Below are positions 38,380 to 49,139 of a stretch of DNA of 64,000 nucleotides, piece after piece. The stretch comes from Phoronis australis (taxonomy: Eukaryota > Animalia > Phoronida). The notes under the pieces are model-generated. The model did not search any database, was not told where the DNA came from, and saw only the letters and a program-made list of their open reading frames with translations. The stretch spans positions 373,282-437,281 of the forward strand of contig NMRA01000198.1 of assembly GCA_002633005.1 (NCBI GenBank), given 5' to 3'. Each line of letters begins with the position of its first letter. Position 1 is the first letter of the stretch. The translations under genes were made by a program, and so were the position numbers.

Positions 38380-38700
38380 TATTTAAACTAGCGCAGCTTA
38401 CCCTAATTGTGACAACTTACTTCACTTTATCGAGGTGGGATAATTTGTTCTAGTGTAACTTGCATCACTTGTAATTGCTGTGAGCTGACGAAGTGGGGTA
38501 AGGCGGAAGTAATTATCAGCTGCGCTTACATGTAGACGGGTTTTCTTCTGCGCGCCATACTCTCATTAAGTGTTCAATGTCATGCATAGAGTGACAACTT
38601 CCGCCTCACCCTAGTTATCAGACATGTGTGTGTGGACACTCCACTTAAAAGTGGGTTAAGTTGAGCTAATGCAAGTTGTTCCAGGGTAGGCTGTGTGTGC
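38380..38700. repeat. Degenerate palindromic (MITE-like) element
   Basis: GGGGTAAGGCGGAAGT near 38494 is inverted as ACTTCCGCCTCACCC near 38597. Outer arms CAGCTTACCCT / AGGGTAGGCTG. Confidence 0.4.
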
Positions 38701-39290
38701 GCGGGACTGTTGAGGTGGCTGTTGCTCGCCGGGTGTAGCAGAGCTCATCTGATAACAAAATCAAGTCCAATGGGATACCATTCATTTTCAGAATTTAGTG
38801 ATGACGTGTCTGTCACTATTATGACCAACAAACAGGAATAGAAATGCCTATCACATTTTCAAAGTGTTTGCTAGTCTTGGATTTTTTCTCTACGAAATTA
38901 TATGTTTGGAATAATCAGTGTGCTTTGACATCGGTTGGACCCATTGTAGTCTCTGGGAGGTTCAGAAGGATTAAGATAGACCAGGGGCCTAGCCAGGTAA
39001 TATTTTTCGAAGTGTTTAGCAATTTGCAGCACCATGTAAATCTGGCCTGATTATTATTATTTTTATTGTTTTGATTTTGGAATTTTAATATATGTGAGTG
39101 GGTCCAAAACGTCATATTAAACGAGTGAATATTTGACAGTTGAGGAGGTTGGATTAAAAAGTATTAAAGGAAGCCATGTACATGAAGTTGAACGCCAGTG
39201 TGTTCACTTTACCTAGAAAGCAGCTACGCAACACCTTACTGCCTCTCTGAGGAATATACGAGTATAGCTAAATACTCCAAATAAATGGAT

Positions 39291-39555
39291 GACTCAGTGA
39301 TCTAGTGGTGAGAGTGCTGGACTGACAAGCAAAAGATATTTGGTTAATTCCCACGTGCGCTAAGAAATATTTTCAAGAAAGTGCTCATCAATGACCATCC
39401 TTAGTTTACTACATACCCGCGCTTGTTCTAAGAACACTATGCCACGTGAAGATGGCTGGATATATGATTGTCTGAAACATGGTGCCAGTGTAAATAGTCT
39501 AGAGGTGGTGTATACTGACCAATAGATTTTAGAAATGTGATGTCGGGCTTAAATA
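39291..39555 (+). mobile_element. Decayed tRNA-derived SINE
   Basis: A-box-like TGATCTAGTGG (39298) and B-box-like GGTTAATTCCC (39342) at tRNA spacing. The 3' end is approximate. Confidence 0.45.
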
Positions 39556-39733
39556 TTTCATTTGAATTGAAAAATATGCTTCTTTGTTGCACTGCTCTTT
39601 TATTTTCTGTGTGTTATCTCTGGGTATCCAAGAGAATTGGTTGTTAACATGGGCTGGTGTGTGGCTTCCTGAAACAGAACATGAAATAAATCAAATTGCA
39701 CACATTGTTCTTAACATCAGCATTTTTCCACAG

Positions 39734-39979
39734 AACCAGTCAGCCCTGTGGCTGCGGTGGGCGTGACCCAGGCAGCGGTGGAGACCAAGCCCGTGCAGCG
39801 GCCGCACGCCACCCAAGACATGCTCTACCGCCAGGGGTCATTCCGCGGATTCTCCAAGCTGCAGGAGGCAGCGTCACCATTCAAGCGCCAGCTCTCACTC
39901 CGCCTTAATGAGTTGCCGTCTACGCTGCAACGACAGAGTGACTGTGGTGGTGTGGAGGGTCCTGGTGCCAATGGGCCAG
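39734..39979 (+). CDS. numb: Numb coding exon 6, NumbF region (RPHA...RQGSFRGF...[20 protein letters not shown])
   Basis: ttccacag|AA ... CCAG|gtgggt; 246 nt, phase 1-1. Carries the conserved RQGSFRGF and [16 protein letters not shown] phospho-motifs. Confidence 0.96.
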
Positions 39980-40123
39980 GTGGGTTATCAGAAATTTCTG
40001 TTGAATAGTATGGAATTGATGTGAAATTAATAGTGACAGCTTAGTAAAGATCTGTCACAGATCAAGCTCTCGTCAACCGTTTACAGCTTCTTGACAACAC
40101 TCGTACTCGTGCCTGGTGATACA

Positions 40124-41408
40124 TTTTTATGCGCCCACATATTTATATGTGGACGCATTATGCCGTCATCTCCGTCCGTCCGGGTGGCGTCCGTCCGCCG
40201 TCCGCAGCTTTATCTCCAAAACCCTTTGACATACGTTCATGAAATTTGGCACATATGTTTCATTCATGAATGGGACAGCATGTGCGAACTTTCAGACGAT
40301 TCCGACTACGGGTGTGCCCCCTAGTGGCAATTTAGTTTTTTACACTTACCTTTGTATCTTCAGAAGTCCTGAACGGATTTTCATGAAATTTGGAATGTAG
40401 GCACCTATTACACCTATTAGTGAGATGACGCTATCCTCCCGATTTCAGATGGATTCGACATAGTTTACGCCACCTAGTGGCCATTTTTAGTGTTTTCGAG
40501 TTGTTTTTTGTGCGTCCACCCCTCTATCAACCAAACCGCTCAAAGAATGATTGTGAAAATTGGCATGTATATGCTTACTATGTAGAGGACGGTTGACGAT
40601 GATTTTCAGACGATTTCGACTACTGTTGCGCCTCCTAGTGGCAGTTTTTTTTTTGCGCCTATGGCTGTATCTTCTAAACCGTTAGCAGGATCTTTACGAA
40701 ATTATGTATATTTATATGATGTTAACAATGGAAGATGACGAATTTTAGACGGATCCGACTACCGGTGTGCCCCCTAATGGCAATTTTAGTTTTTTATGCT
40801 TACCTTTGTATCTTCAAAAGTCCTGAACGGATTTTCATGAAATTTGGTATGTAGGCACCTATTAGTGAGATGACGCTATCCTTCCATTTTCAGATGGATT
40901 TGACATAGTTTGCGCCACCTAGTGGCCATTTTTACTGTTTTCGAGTCTGTTTTTGTGCGTCCACCCCTCTATCAACCAAACTGCTCAAAGGATGATTGTG
41001 AAAATTGGCATGTATGTGCTTACTATAAAGAGGACACCTGACAATGATTTTCAGACGATTTGGACTACTATGGCGCCTCCTAGTGGCAGGTTTTTTTTTG
41101 CGCCTATGGCTGTATCTCCTAATCCGTTCGCTGGATCTTTACGAAATTTAATAAGTGTANTTCAACGCTCCGCGTTGCTCTTGTTACTGTTTTTGAGTCT
41201 ATTTTTTGGCGTCCACCCCTCTATCAACCAAACGTTTTGCCCCTAGCCTATTGAGGACACAATGACCATGCCTTTCCATTTTGCAAAGTACAACATACTA
41301 CATATATGCCCTCTACTGGCCACTTGATGGTACCAATAAACAACCCTAGAAGGATACTGTATACGGTGCAATTGTGGGCGCATTTCAATGCTCTGCGTTG
41401 CTCTTGTT
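40124..41408 (+). mobile_element. Non-autonomous Helentron-like element (HINE/DINE-1/pearl-type), copy 1, with internal higher-order tandem repeat
   Basis: 5' TTTTTATGCGCCCACAT...ATGTGGACGCAT hairpin, then (CCGT)n microsatellite and ~150-bp monomers. 3' subterminal inverted repeat GTGGGCGCAT, short hairpin CAATGCtctGCGTTG and CTCTTGTT end. A single n at 41160 marks a join. Confidence 0.8.
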
Positions 41409-41735
41409 CCTTTGGTTACTAGTTTCTTGTTTCTTTCTATTAGTAGTTCATGCTTGGGTGTTATCAACCAGCAACTAACTAATACAGTTCGACTCAGTGC
41501 TTTTGGAAAGCAAAACTTAGTTCTACCAAATATTCTTGGGGGTGTTCTAGTATGACTCAATGTTAAAAGAAGGAGAGTAATTATTGAACTTCAATGGGCT
41601 TGATAAAACAACTATATAAGTAAATTTAGTCATTGCTAAAATAAGCACTGTGTGTGTGTTTAGTGTAAAATACAAGGTTAAAACTTTGTAGCTGTCAGGT
41701 TTCCCAGTACTGACCACCACTGTCTTTGTTTACAG

Positions 41736-41906
41736 CGAGTCCAATAGCAGAAGTGTCACCATCAAAAGAGCGAGCGGAAGAAAATGCTGACAGCATAGCG
41801 GCCCTGTGTCAGGAGTTGACTTCTGGGCTGTCGGCTCTATCCTCTGATGACCCTTTCGCCACAGTGCCGAAGTCTCCAACGACAACACCACAGCACACCC
41901 ATCAAA
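41736..41906 (+). CDS. numb: Numb coding exon 7 (ASPIAEVSP...DSIAALCQELTSGLSALSSDDPF...HQ)
   Basis: tgtttacag|CG; weak donor AAA|gtatat in the phase required by the next exon; 171 nt, phase 1-1. DSI..LC.[EQ] and DPF motifs occur in Numb proteins. Confidence 0.85.
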
Positions 41907-42119
41907 GTATATATAAACCTTTTGCAATATATCATTACAATAAAAACAACAAGATGTTTTAACCATGACTTGTTTTAGCGGGTATGTCCACTATTCTTAA
42001 GCTGCAATTTAAGACTGACGAGCCCAGGATGTAGGTTTTATACCATTTTTGTACACAACAGCATCATTGATTAAACCAAGATAAATCGTAGCTGGCCAGG
42101 GTCTGATCTTTTTACTAGA

Positions 42120-42347
42120 AATCAAACTCAAACTCATTTTGGGAATTTCGCACTCAAGATAAGTATCAGTCTGTGCTCTAGTACATTGTGGTTTATGTAC
42201 ATGAGTTTCTAGTTCATGTTCACACTTGATGACCTCTACAAACAAACTAAAGTAAGAACTTGGAATTTCGAGTAAAAATGCAGAATTTCCAATCCAGACC
42301 CGAACTTTTAGCGTTAATGCTGGGGTCATCAAATGCGAACTATGACT
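42120..42347. mobile_element. MITE-like repeat, copy in the last numb intron
   Basis: TTAATGCTGGGGTCATCAAATGCGAACTATGA matches the reverse complement of TCATAGTTTGCACTTGATGACACTAGCATTAA at 44728. Internal inverted CACTTGATGACC / GGTCATCAAATG. Confidence 0.6.
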
Positions 42348-42977
42348 TGACGGTTATCCGTAGGAGTCAGTATGTGCTCAAGCATGGAATAATAGACACT
42401 TCTCTTGCAGTAGCACAAAAATAGAATCGGAAATGCAGAAAATTGTTTCGATTTTGAGAAAAAAAGGTTTGACCTGGGTCCTGTTTTTTTGAAAGTAGTC
42501 AGTGGTACAGTATTTTTTAGTTTATCACTTTTTAAACAAAGATAATCTGAGATGGACAAAAATGATGCAAGATGTGTTTTTTTACTCATCGCTTGGCACA
42601 ACATGGTGTTTCAAACCTTGCTTGCCCTTTATTATGTTCCTTTGTGGAGCTTTTCAAGAAAAAAACCAGTCTTTGGCAGGAATTGACGGTCCTGGGCGTT
42701 TTGTTTAGTTCAGTTGGTGAGCGTAGATACAGATCAGCACCACCTATGTTCTTTGGCATTAATCATGTTCAGTTTTTTTTTGACTACAGTACTCCATCAA
42801 AATGGAGTTAACTAGTTGTGTTAACTGTGTTAAGATCACCATCGTATTGGTTCTAAGTGGTATCAATGTTTCAACACAGCCGTTTGTTGAGGGTCATATT
42901 CTTCAGTGGGTGTATATCCTGTTCTCTTCACATTCATTCTTTTTTATACCTTATTGATATTTTGTATTGCTTTGTAG

Positions 42978-43543
42978 CCATTTCCTCCGTTCATTCCACA
43001 CCAGTCCACCAGCAGCAGCAACAGCAGAACATCAACCCGTGGGCACAGCACTCAGCGACACCTAGTGCAGACTTTTGGCTCAGCACGTCACTGACTCAGA
43101 CAGCCAGCCCGACACCCGCCACCCAGCCAACGTCATTCGTCAATGGCAACTCTTCGTTCATGGGAGCTGCGGTGCCGGCAGGATTCCATGGCTCTCCGCA
43201 GCCTCACCATTATCATCACCACCAGATGGCCGTTGGCCACGCCCGAAGTCATTCCATCGATAGCAGCGACTTGTTCTCATCGCAGCGGAAGCCAACGCTG
43301 TCTGAGCTCGCCCGGCAGAACACGGTACAAAATGGAACGAGCGCTTTTGGCCCATCTACTAACCAGTGGCAGACGTTGTCTGCTAGTCATAGTCAGACAG
43401 CAACTGCATTCGATCCGTTTGATGCTGCCTGGGCAACACGAAAAACAAACACGACAAGCAGTGTGGGAGGTGGCTCAACTACGAATCCCACGAACCCTTT
43501 TGCCAGTCCAGGATCAACCAAGGCGTTTGAGGTCAAGCTTTAA
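42978..43543 (+). CDS. numb: Numb last coding exon (poly-Q, NPW, RSHSID, DPF, NPF, C-terminal KAFEVKL*)
   Basis: tttgtag|CC in phase 1; stop TAA at 43541-43543. DPF (alpha-adaptin), NPF (EH-domain) and the terminal FE.[KE]L are Numb hallmarks. The summed CDS is 1614 nt with exon 3A (537 aa) or 1695 nt with exon 3B (564 aa). Confidence 0.95.
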
Positions 43544-44727
43544 CCTTTGACCCCTGACTTGATGATGACACTGACATTTTTGGAAATATTATTTCTACGG
43601 CAGTGAAAATGGAAAGAAATAAAAGAAACTGTTTTATTTACTAATTGAAGTGATTACTTCATCTAAGTGCTCGTCTGCATAAATTTTTAAGTGCAGACGT
43701 GTGGATTCAACATATCAGTTTATGCGCTTGTTTTATGTTAGCAGAACTCATAATGTGTAGTCAGATTTTAGATTGTTACCACTGGTCCTTTTTATTCATT
43801 TATATATGTCTANNNNNNNNNNNNNNNNNNNNNNNNNNNNNNNNNNNNNNNNNNNNNNNNNNNNNNNNNNNNNNNNNNNNNNNNNNNNNNNNNNNNNNNN
43901 NNNNNNGTGCATTTGTTGTAGGTTTCACTGGAGTGAATGGTCAATGTTTTGCAAGTTAGTGTTGTGATAGAAATGATATGTATGTATGAGAAGTATAAAC
44001 AATAACATTGTTAAACCGTGCTTGTTCTTTTATCTACTGAAGTCTAAATGTTCCAAAGGATGTTTGTAGTGCGTAGTCGTGCGGTGTGATACTGCAGTGT
44101 CCTCCTGTTCCACCACCGCTTGGTGATTGGTCACTGATTTGATGACGAATGGTATCTGAATAGTTACTTGGAAATGTTTTAAATTGAAGTGGAAATGTGT
44201 TCATTTTTCTTAAACTACCATGTTTGTTAGGACACACTCTTTGCCTATGTGCTCAATAGAAAAGCTGAAACGCTCTTGGCACACATTTCATATTGAATAA
44301 CCTGTTAATAGCTATTTTGGTGTGGGATTGTAGTTAGCTCAAATTGTTTTAACACTAAAGAAATGTCATTAAAATCAGATTTCTGTGAAAGTTGTGTTCT
44401 TTAGGCATTAGTCATTCTAAGTTGTGTGGTAATTAAAATCACATATTTATATAGGGAATTGCAAACTTTTCAAAGTGTCCTGAGAATTGCCAAGGTGTAT
44501 CAGCGTTTCAAGGAGGATGTTCGTTCTACTAGTCTTTTGGTAATGTATGACAACTAACACCATGGTGTAAGACAGCCATTTTATTGTCCTGTTTTGCAGT
44601 GGACAATGTAGGACATGGCCTGGACTCAAGTTACCTGTTTGCAAAAATGTCCTGTACTCTAAATACATCTAAAAAGTGTACTTTTCTCTGCTTGAGAACA
44701 TTATGGTGTATGGGGATGGCTGCCTTA

Positions 44728-44895
44728 TCATAGTTTGCACTTGATGACACTAGCATTAAAACTCTTACAATCCTGAACTTGAAATCTTGAGTTTTTACTC
44801 GAGTTCGCTCAGATCTAGGGGTCATCAAGTACAAACTCAAACTAGAAACTTTTCTGTGTACACCCAAAAGCGGAATTTTATTTTGAGTTTGTGCT
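44728..44895. mobile_element. MITE-like repeat, inverted copy of 42120-42347, in the probable numb 3' UTR
   Basis: Reverse-complement similarity to 42120-42347 across several blocks (TTTTTACTCGA, GGTCATCAAGT, ACTAGAAACT). Confidence 0.6.
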
Positions 44896-47813
44896 AAAGT
44901 AGAACTAAAAGTGTTGCAAATAATTTTATTGTCAAGAACAGCAACATGCGATCTCCATACCTGGGTACGTACCAGCTGGAATAACAAGCATACCTGGCTA
45001 TATATCATCCATCTGGCATGTCTGGTTCTATACTATCTAGCATAAATGTCTGGCTTTTTCTAGTGGTGATAACATCCATATCGGACTTTATACTGTCTGG
45101 GATACCCTCCTTGTGTAGGATAACACCCACGTCTAGTTTTATACCAGTTAGGATAATGCCCATGTCCAACTATACCAGCTAGAATAACGCCATGTTTGAC
45201 TCTCTTGTATCATAGATTGAGGCTAAACACTTTCGAGTTCTACTTATCAAAAATATTGCAATTTCGTGATTGTTGCCTAAGTGACGATAACATGATACAG
45301 GGAAATTAACTATGATTTTTCTGGCTCTAGAGTATTATTTGATTTTTTTTTGCATTTTTGTCATGGTTGTCATTTTTTTCAGGAAACTGCTTGTGAATTA
45401 ACTTTTTAGGGAACAAATGTCTCAGTTTCTTTGATTTAGTGTTGGATGCATTTCATAAGTCAAAAGATGGGATCCTTTTTATGTGTAAAACAGTCTGTAA
45501 ATATTCCAGTGTGTGCTTAGTCATTTGAAGACGTGTTCGCCTAAACTGTGCAACACAGTAATCAGTCATCATTCTACTCTATTTACCTGTAGTTCTGTGA
45601 TGTAGATTTTGATTTTATGCACTCTTATACTTTTACACAAATTTCCATCCATTTTTTTGCATCCAGTGTTTCTGTAGACACTAACATGCGAGTGTTTATG
45701 GATTACATTATTTTACTTGCATTCATTTTATCCGTTGTAGATTATTCTGTGTTTCTTTATGTTGATTTTATGTATTGTTAGGTAGGTTTTGGGCCTGCAG
45801 GTGGCTGTTCAGTTTTTGAACGGTGTAGGTAGAATTTGATCAATTCATCAATGCTATTGAGTATTAAGGATGTGGTATTTCATATTCGTTCGCCTTTGTG
45901 GTGTGTCCATACTAAATATCACTTATTGGTATCTGCTAAGTTGTTTGACATTCATTTCTTCTTGCATATTTCAGTTGGCAAAATCATACCTAATTGTTTT
46001 TGATGTATATATTTTCAAGATTTTAAAATATATGGACAGGCTCTGACGAAAACTAATATTGCCTGTGTTCTTGCATTGGAAAGGTACAAGGAAGCCTAAG
46101 CACAGGTGTAACCAATCAAGATTTGTGGTCAGTGTGTAACTTGTAAATGTGGCATGACGGGCATTATTTGTTACGTAATGACAGAGCCTGGCCATGTATT
46201 TTATTGGCGTGATAAGTGAAAGTCTCGCGTTTTGAGGACCAGTATTAATTACAGTTGGGTTTAATGGGTTTTGGCCGTTCCTGTTTTGTATTCAGGTATA
46301 TTCACTTGTATAGGTATCAGCTTAATGCTTACTGCTCAGCATGGAAATTGGCCATTATTTCTCGCACTGTTGAATTGTTTCAGTCAGTGTGTGTATCAAC
46401 ATTCAGAGCAAAGGATCAACGCAGTATCGCCTTGGTTGTCGTTAGCAGCACTAATGTGTGAAGGTGTGTCAGTGCTTTTGTAGCTATTGGGTAGTGTTGT
46501 ATTCAATATGTTAAACTGTAATCAGTTGCAATATACTCTTTTCATCAATTTATGCAAAATGAATGTATGGTTTTCAGTAAAAATCCCGTGCATTTTCGTG
46601 TCAAATGAGGTTCATTTAGGTTTTTTCATCCTTGTTGATTCACATGTAATTATATGATACTATTTAGGATAATAGTTGAATATAACGTACCCACATTTTG
46701 AGAACCAGTTTGATGCCAATTATTCAGTAGAGGAAAGTGGTTATCAAAATGCAGGCACATTATATTAGCCTGTTTTGTTCAAACTGATTTATGCTTGTTG
46801 GATGTTTTACTCTGTGATGGCCACCGACGCTGTTTTGTTCCTCTCCAAATTCAGGATGTGCTAATGAAAGATAGTTGTTGTCTAATGCATTATGCTTACA
46901 AGGACATGTTGCACACATGCCTTTATTGTGTATATTTGTGTATCAATATCAGTTACTGATTGAATTAAAATGGCGGTGCAGTTCGTGAAACATGTAAATA
47001 CAGGAATTAAGAGACCATAAAATAATTTTGTTATAATGTGAACATTAGCTGACAAGAGATGACTGTTTGTGTAATATGTCAGATTGGAAATAGAGACATT
47101 TCTCAGCTATGTTGTGTGCTTGTATTGATTGACCTAACCATGTGGCACCTAAGACCACCAAGCTTTATTCAAGATTGACTTGAAAATTGACCACCAATCA
47201 TTTGGCATACTTAAAGTTGATCTTTAAATTTCCTGCTATGTGAAGTGGTCAATTTTTGAGTTGATTAATGTTTGATCATGTGTGCTTATGAAAAAGTGAC
47301 ACTCGTTGCGTTGCAATTTTCAGTTATAGGTTGAATGAAGCTAGTTCACACCAAGTGAAGCATAACCTTGGTGCAGTGCATTGAATATTTCAAGCAGTTT
47401 TGCTGATGCATAAATGCTTCATTCCGCTCGAGGTACCTTTGCTATGGACGGCCACATTACGAGTACGCAGTGTTTACATTTCAGCTTTCTGTTTGACTTG
47501 GATCACAGTGACAAGCACTGTGTGGAAAGTGCCACAACTTTCAATTATTTAAACTTCTGCATTAAGTTTCTGTACCAGCGTCTTAATTGATGTACCCTAT
47601 TTGAAGCGAGTTCAGTGACCGAGTGAAATGTCAAGCAACCACTTAACACCAATCAACTCATCAGGGACTATTCCTTTGAGAAATTGGATGTTTGTGGCAG
47701 GAGTATACATTGATGGGTACTTACAGCAAGTATTTTTTGCGGATAGGATGAAAAACGAAAGCAACCACAAAATGACTTTCTTCTCACTGGTTGGCAGTGG
47801 TAAAGGCTTTTTA

Positions 47814-49139
47814 TTATGCGCCCACATATTTATATGTGGACGCATTATGCCGTCATCTCTGTCTGTCCGTCCGTCCGGGTGGCGTCCGTCCGGCGTCCAG
47901 TGCTCTATCTCCAAAACCCTTTGACATATGTTCATGAAATGTGGCACATATGTTCCATTCATGAATGGGACGGCACGTGCGAACTTTCGGACGGATCCGA
48001 CTACCGGTGTGCCTCCTAGTGGCAATTTTAGTTTTTTACGCTTACCTTTGTATCTTCAAAAGTCCTGAATGGATTTTCATGAAATTTTGGTATTTAGGCA
48101 CCTATTAGTGAGGTGACGCTATCCTCCTGTTTTCAGATGGATTCGACATAGTTTGCGCCACCTAGTGACCATTTTTAGTGTTTTTGAGTCTGTTTTTGTG
48201 CGTCCACCTCTCTATCAACCAAACCGCTCAAAAGATGATTGTGAAAATTGGCATGTATATGCTTACCATGTAGAGGACGGTTGACGATTTTCCAACGATT
48301 TCGACTTCTGTGGCACCTCTTAGTGGCAGTTTTGTTTTTTTTGCGCCTATGGCTGTATCTCTTAAACCGTTCGCAGGATCTTTACGAAATTGTGTAAGTA
48401 TATTTATATGATGTTAACAACGGAAGATGACGACTTTTGGACGGATCGGACTGCCGGTGTGCCCCCTAGTGGCAATTTTAATTTTTTTACGCTTTGTATC
48501 TTCACAAGTCCTTAACGGATTTTCATGAAATTTGGTATGTAGGCACCTATTAGTGAGGTGACGCTATCCTCCCGTTTTCAGATGGATTCGACATAGTTTG
48601 CGTCACCTAGTGGCCATTTTTAGTGTTTTTGAGTCTGTTTTTGTGNNNNNNNNNNNNNNNNNNNNNNNNNNNNNNNNNNNNNNNNNNNNNNNNNNNNNNN
48701 NNNNNNNNNNNNNNNNNNNNNNNNNNNNNNNNNNNNNNNNNNNNNNNNNNNNNNNNNNNNNNNNNNNNNNNNNNNNNNNNNNNNNNNNNNNNNNNNNNNN
48801 NNNNNNNNNNNNNNNNNNNNNNNNNNNNNNNNNNNNNNNNNNNNNNNNNNNNNNNNNNNNNNNNNNNNNNNNNNNNNNNNNNNNNNNNNNNNNNNNNNNN
48901 NNNNNNNNNNNNNNNNNNNNNNNNNNNNNNNNNNNNNNNNNNNNNNNNNNNNNNNNNNNNNNNNNNNNNNNNNNNNNNNNNNNNNNGAGACAATGACCAT
49001 GCCTTTCCATTTTGCAAAGTACAACATACTACATATATGCCCTCTACTGGCCACTTTATGGTACCAATAAACAACCCTAGAAGGATACCGTATGCGGTGC
49101 AATTGTGGGCGCATTTCAACGCTCTGCGTTGCTCTTGTT
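47814..49139 (+). mobile_element. Non-autonomous Helentron-like element, copy 2 (N gap 48646-48986)
   Basis: Same 5' hairpin, (GTCC)n tract and monomers as 40124-41408, and the same 3' end GTGGGCGCATTTCAACGCTCTGCGTTGCTCTTGTT. Confidence 0.82.

Noticed and set aside
40298-41100. Regularly spaced short conserved motif resembling a CRISPR array
   Set aside because: The intervening sequences are themselves repeated (a three-monomer higher-order unit of about 450 bp), the context is a eukaryotic intron and there are no cas genes.
43075-43550. Overlapping alternative-frame ORFs in the last numb exon
   Set aside because: Expected shadows of a GC-rich coding exon. Only the frame with DPF, NPF and FEVKL fits the splice phase.
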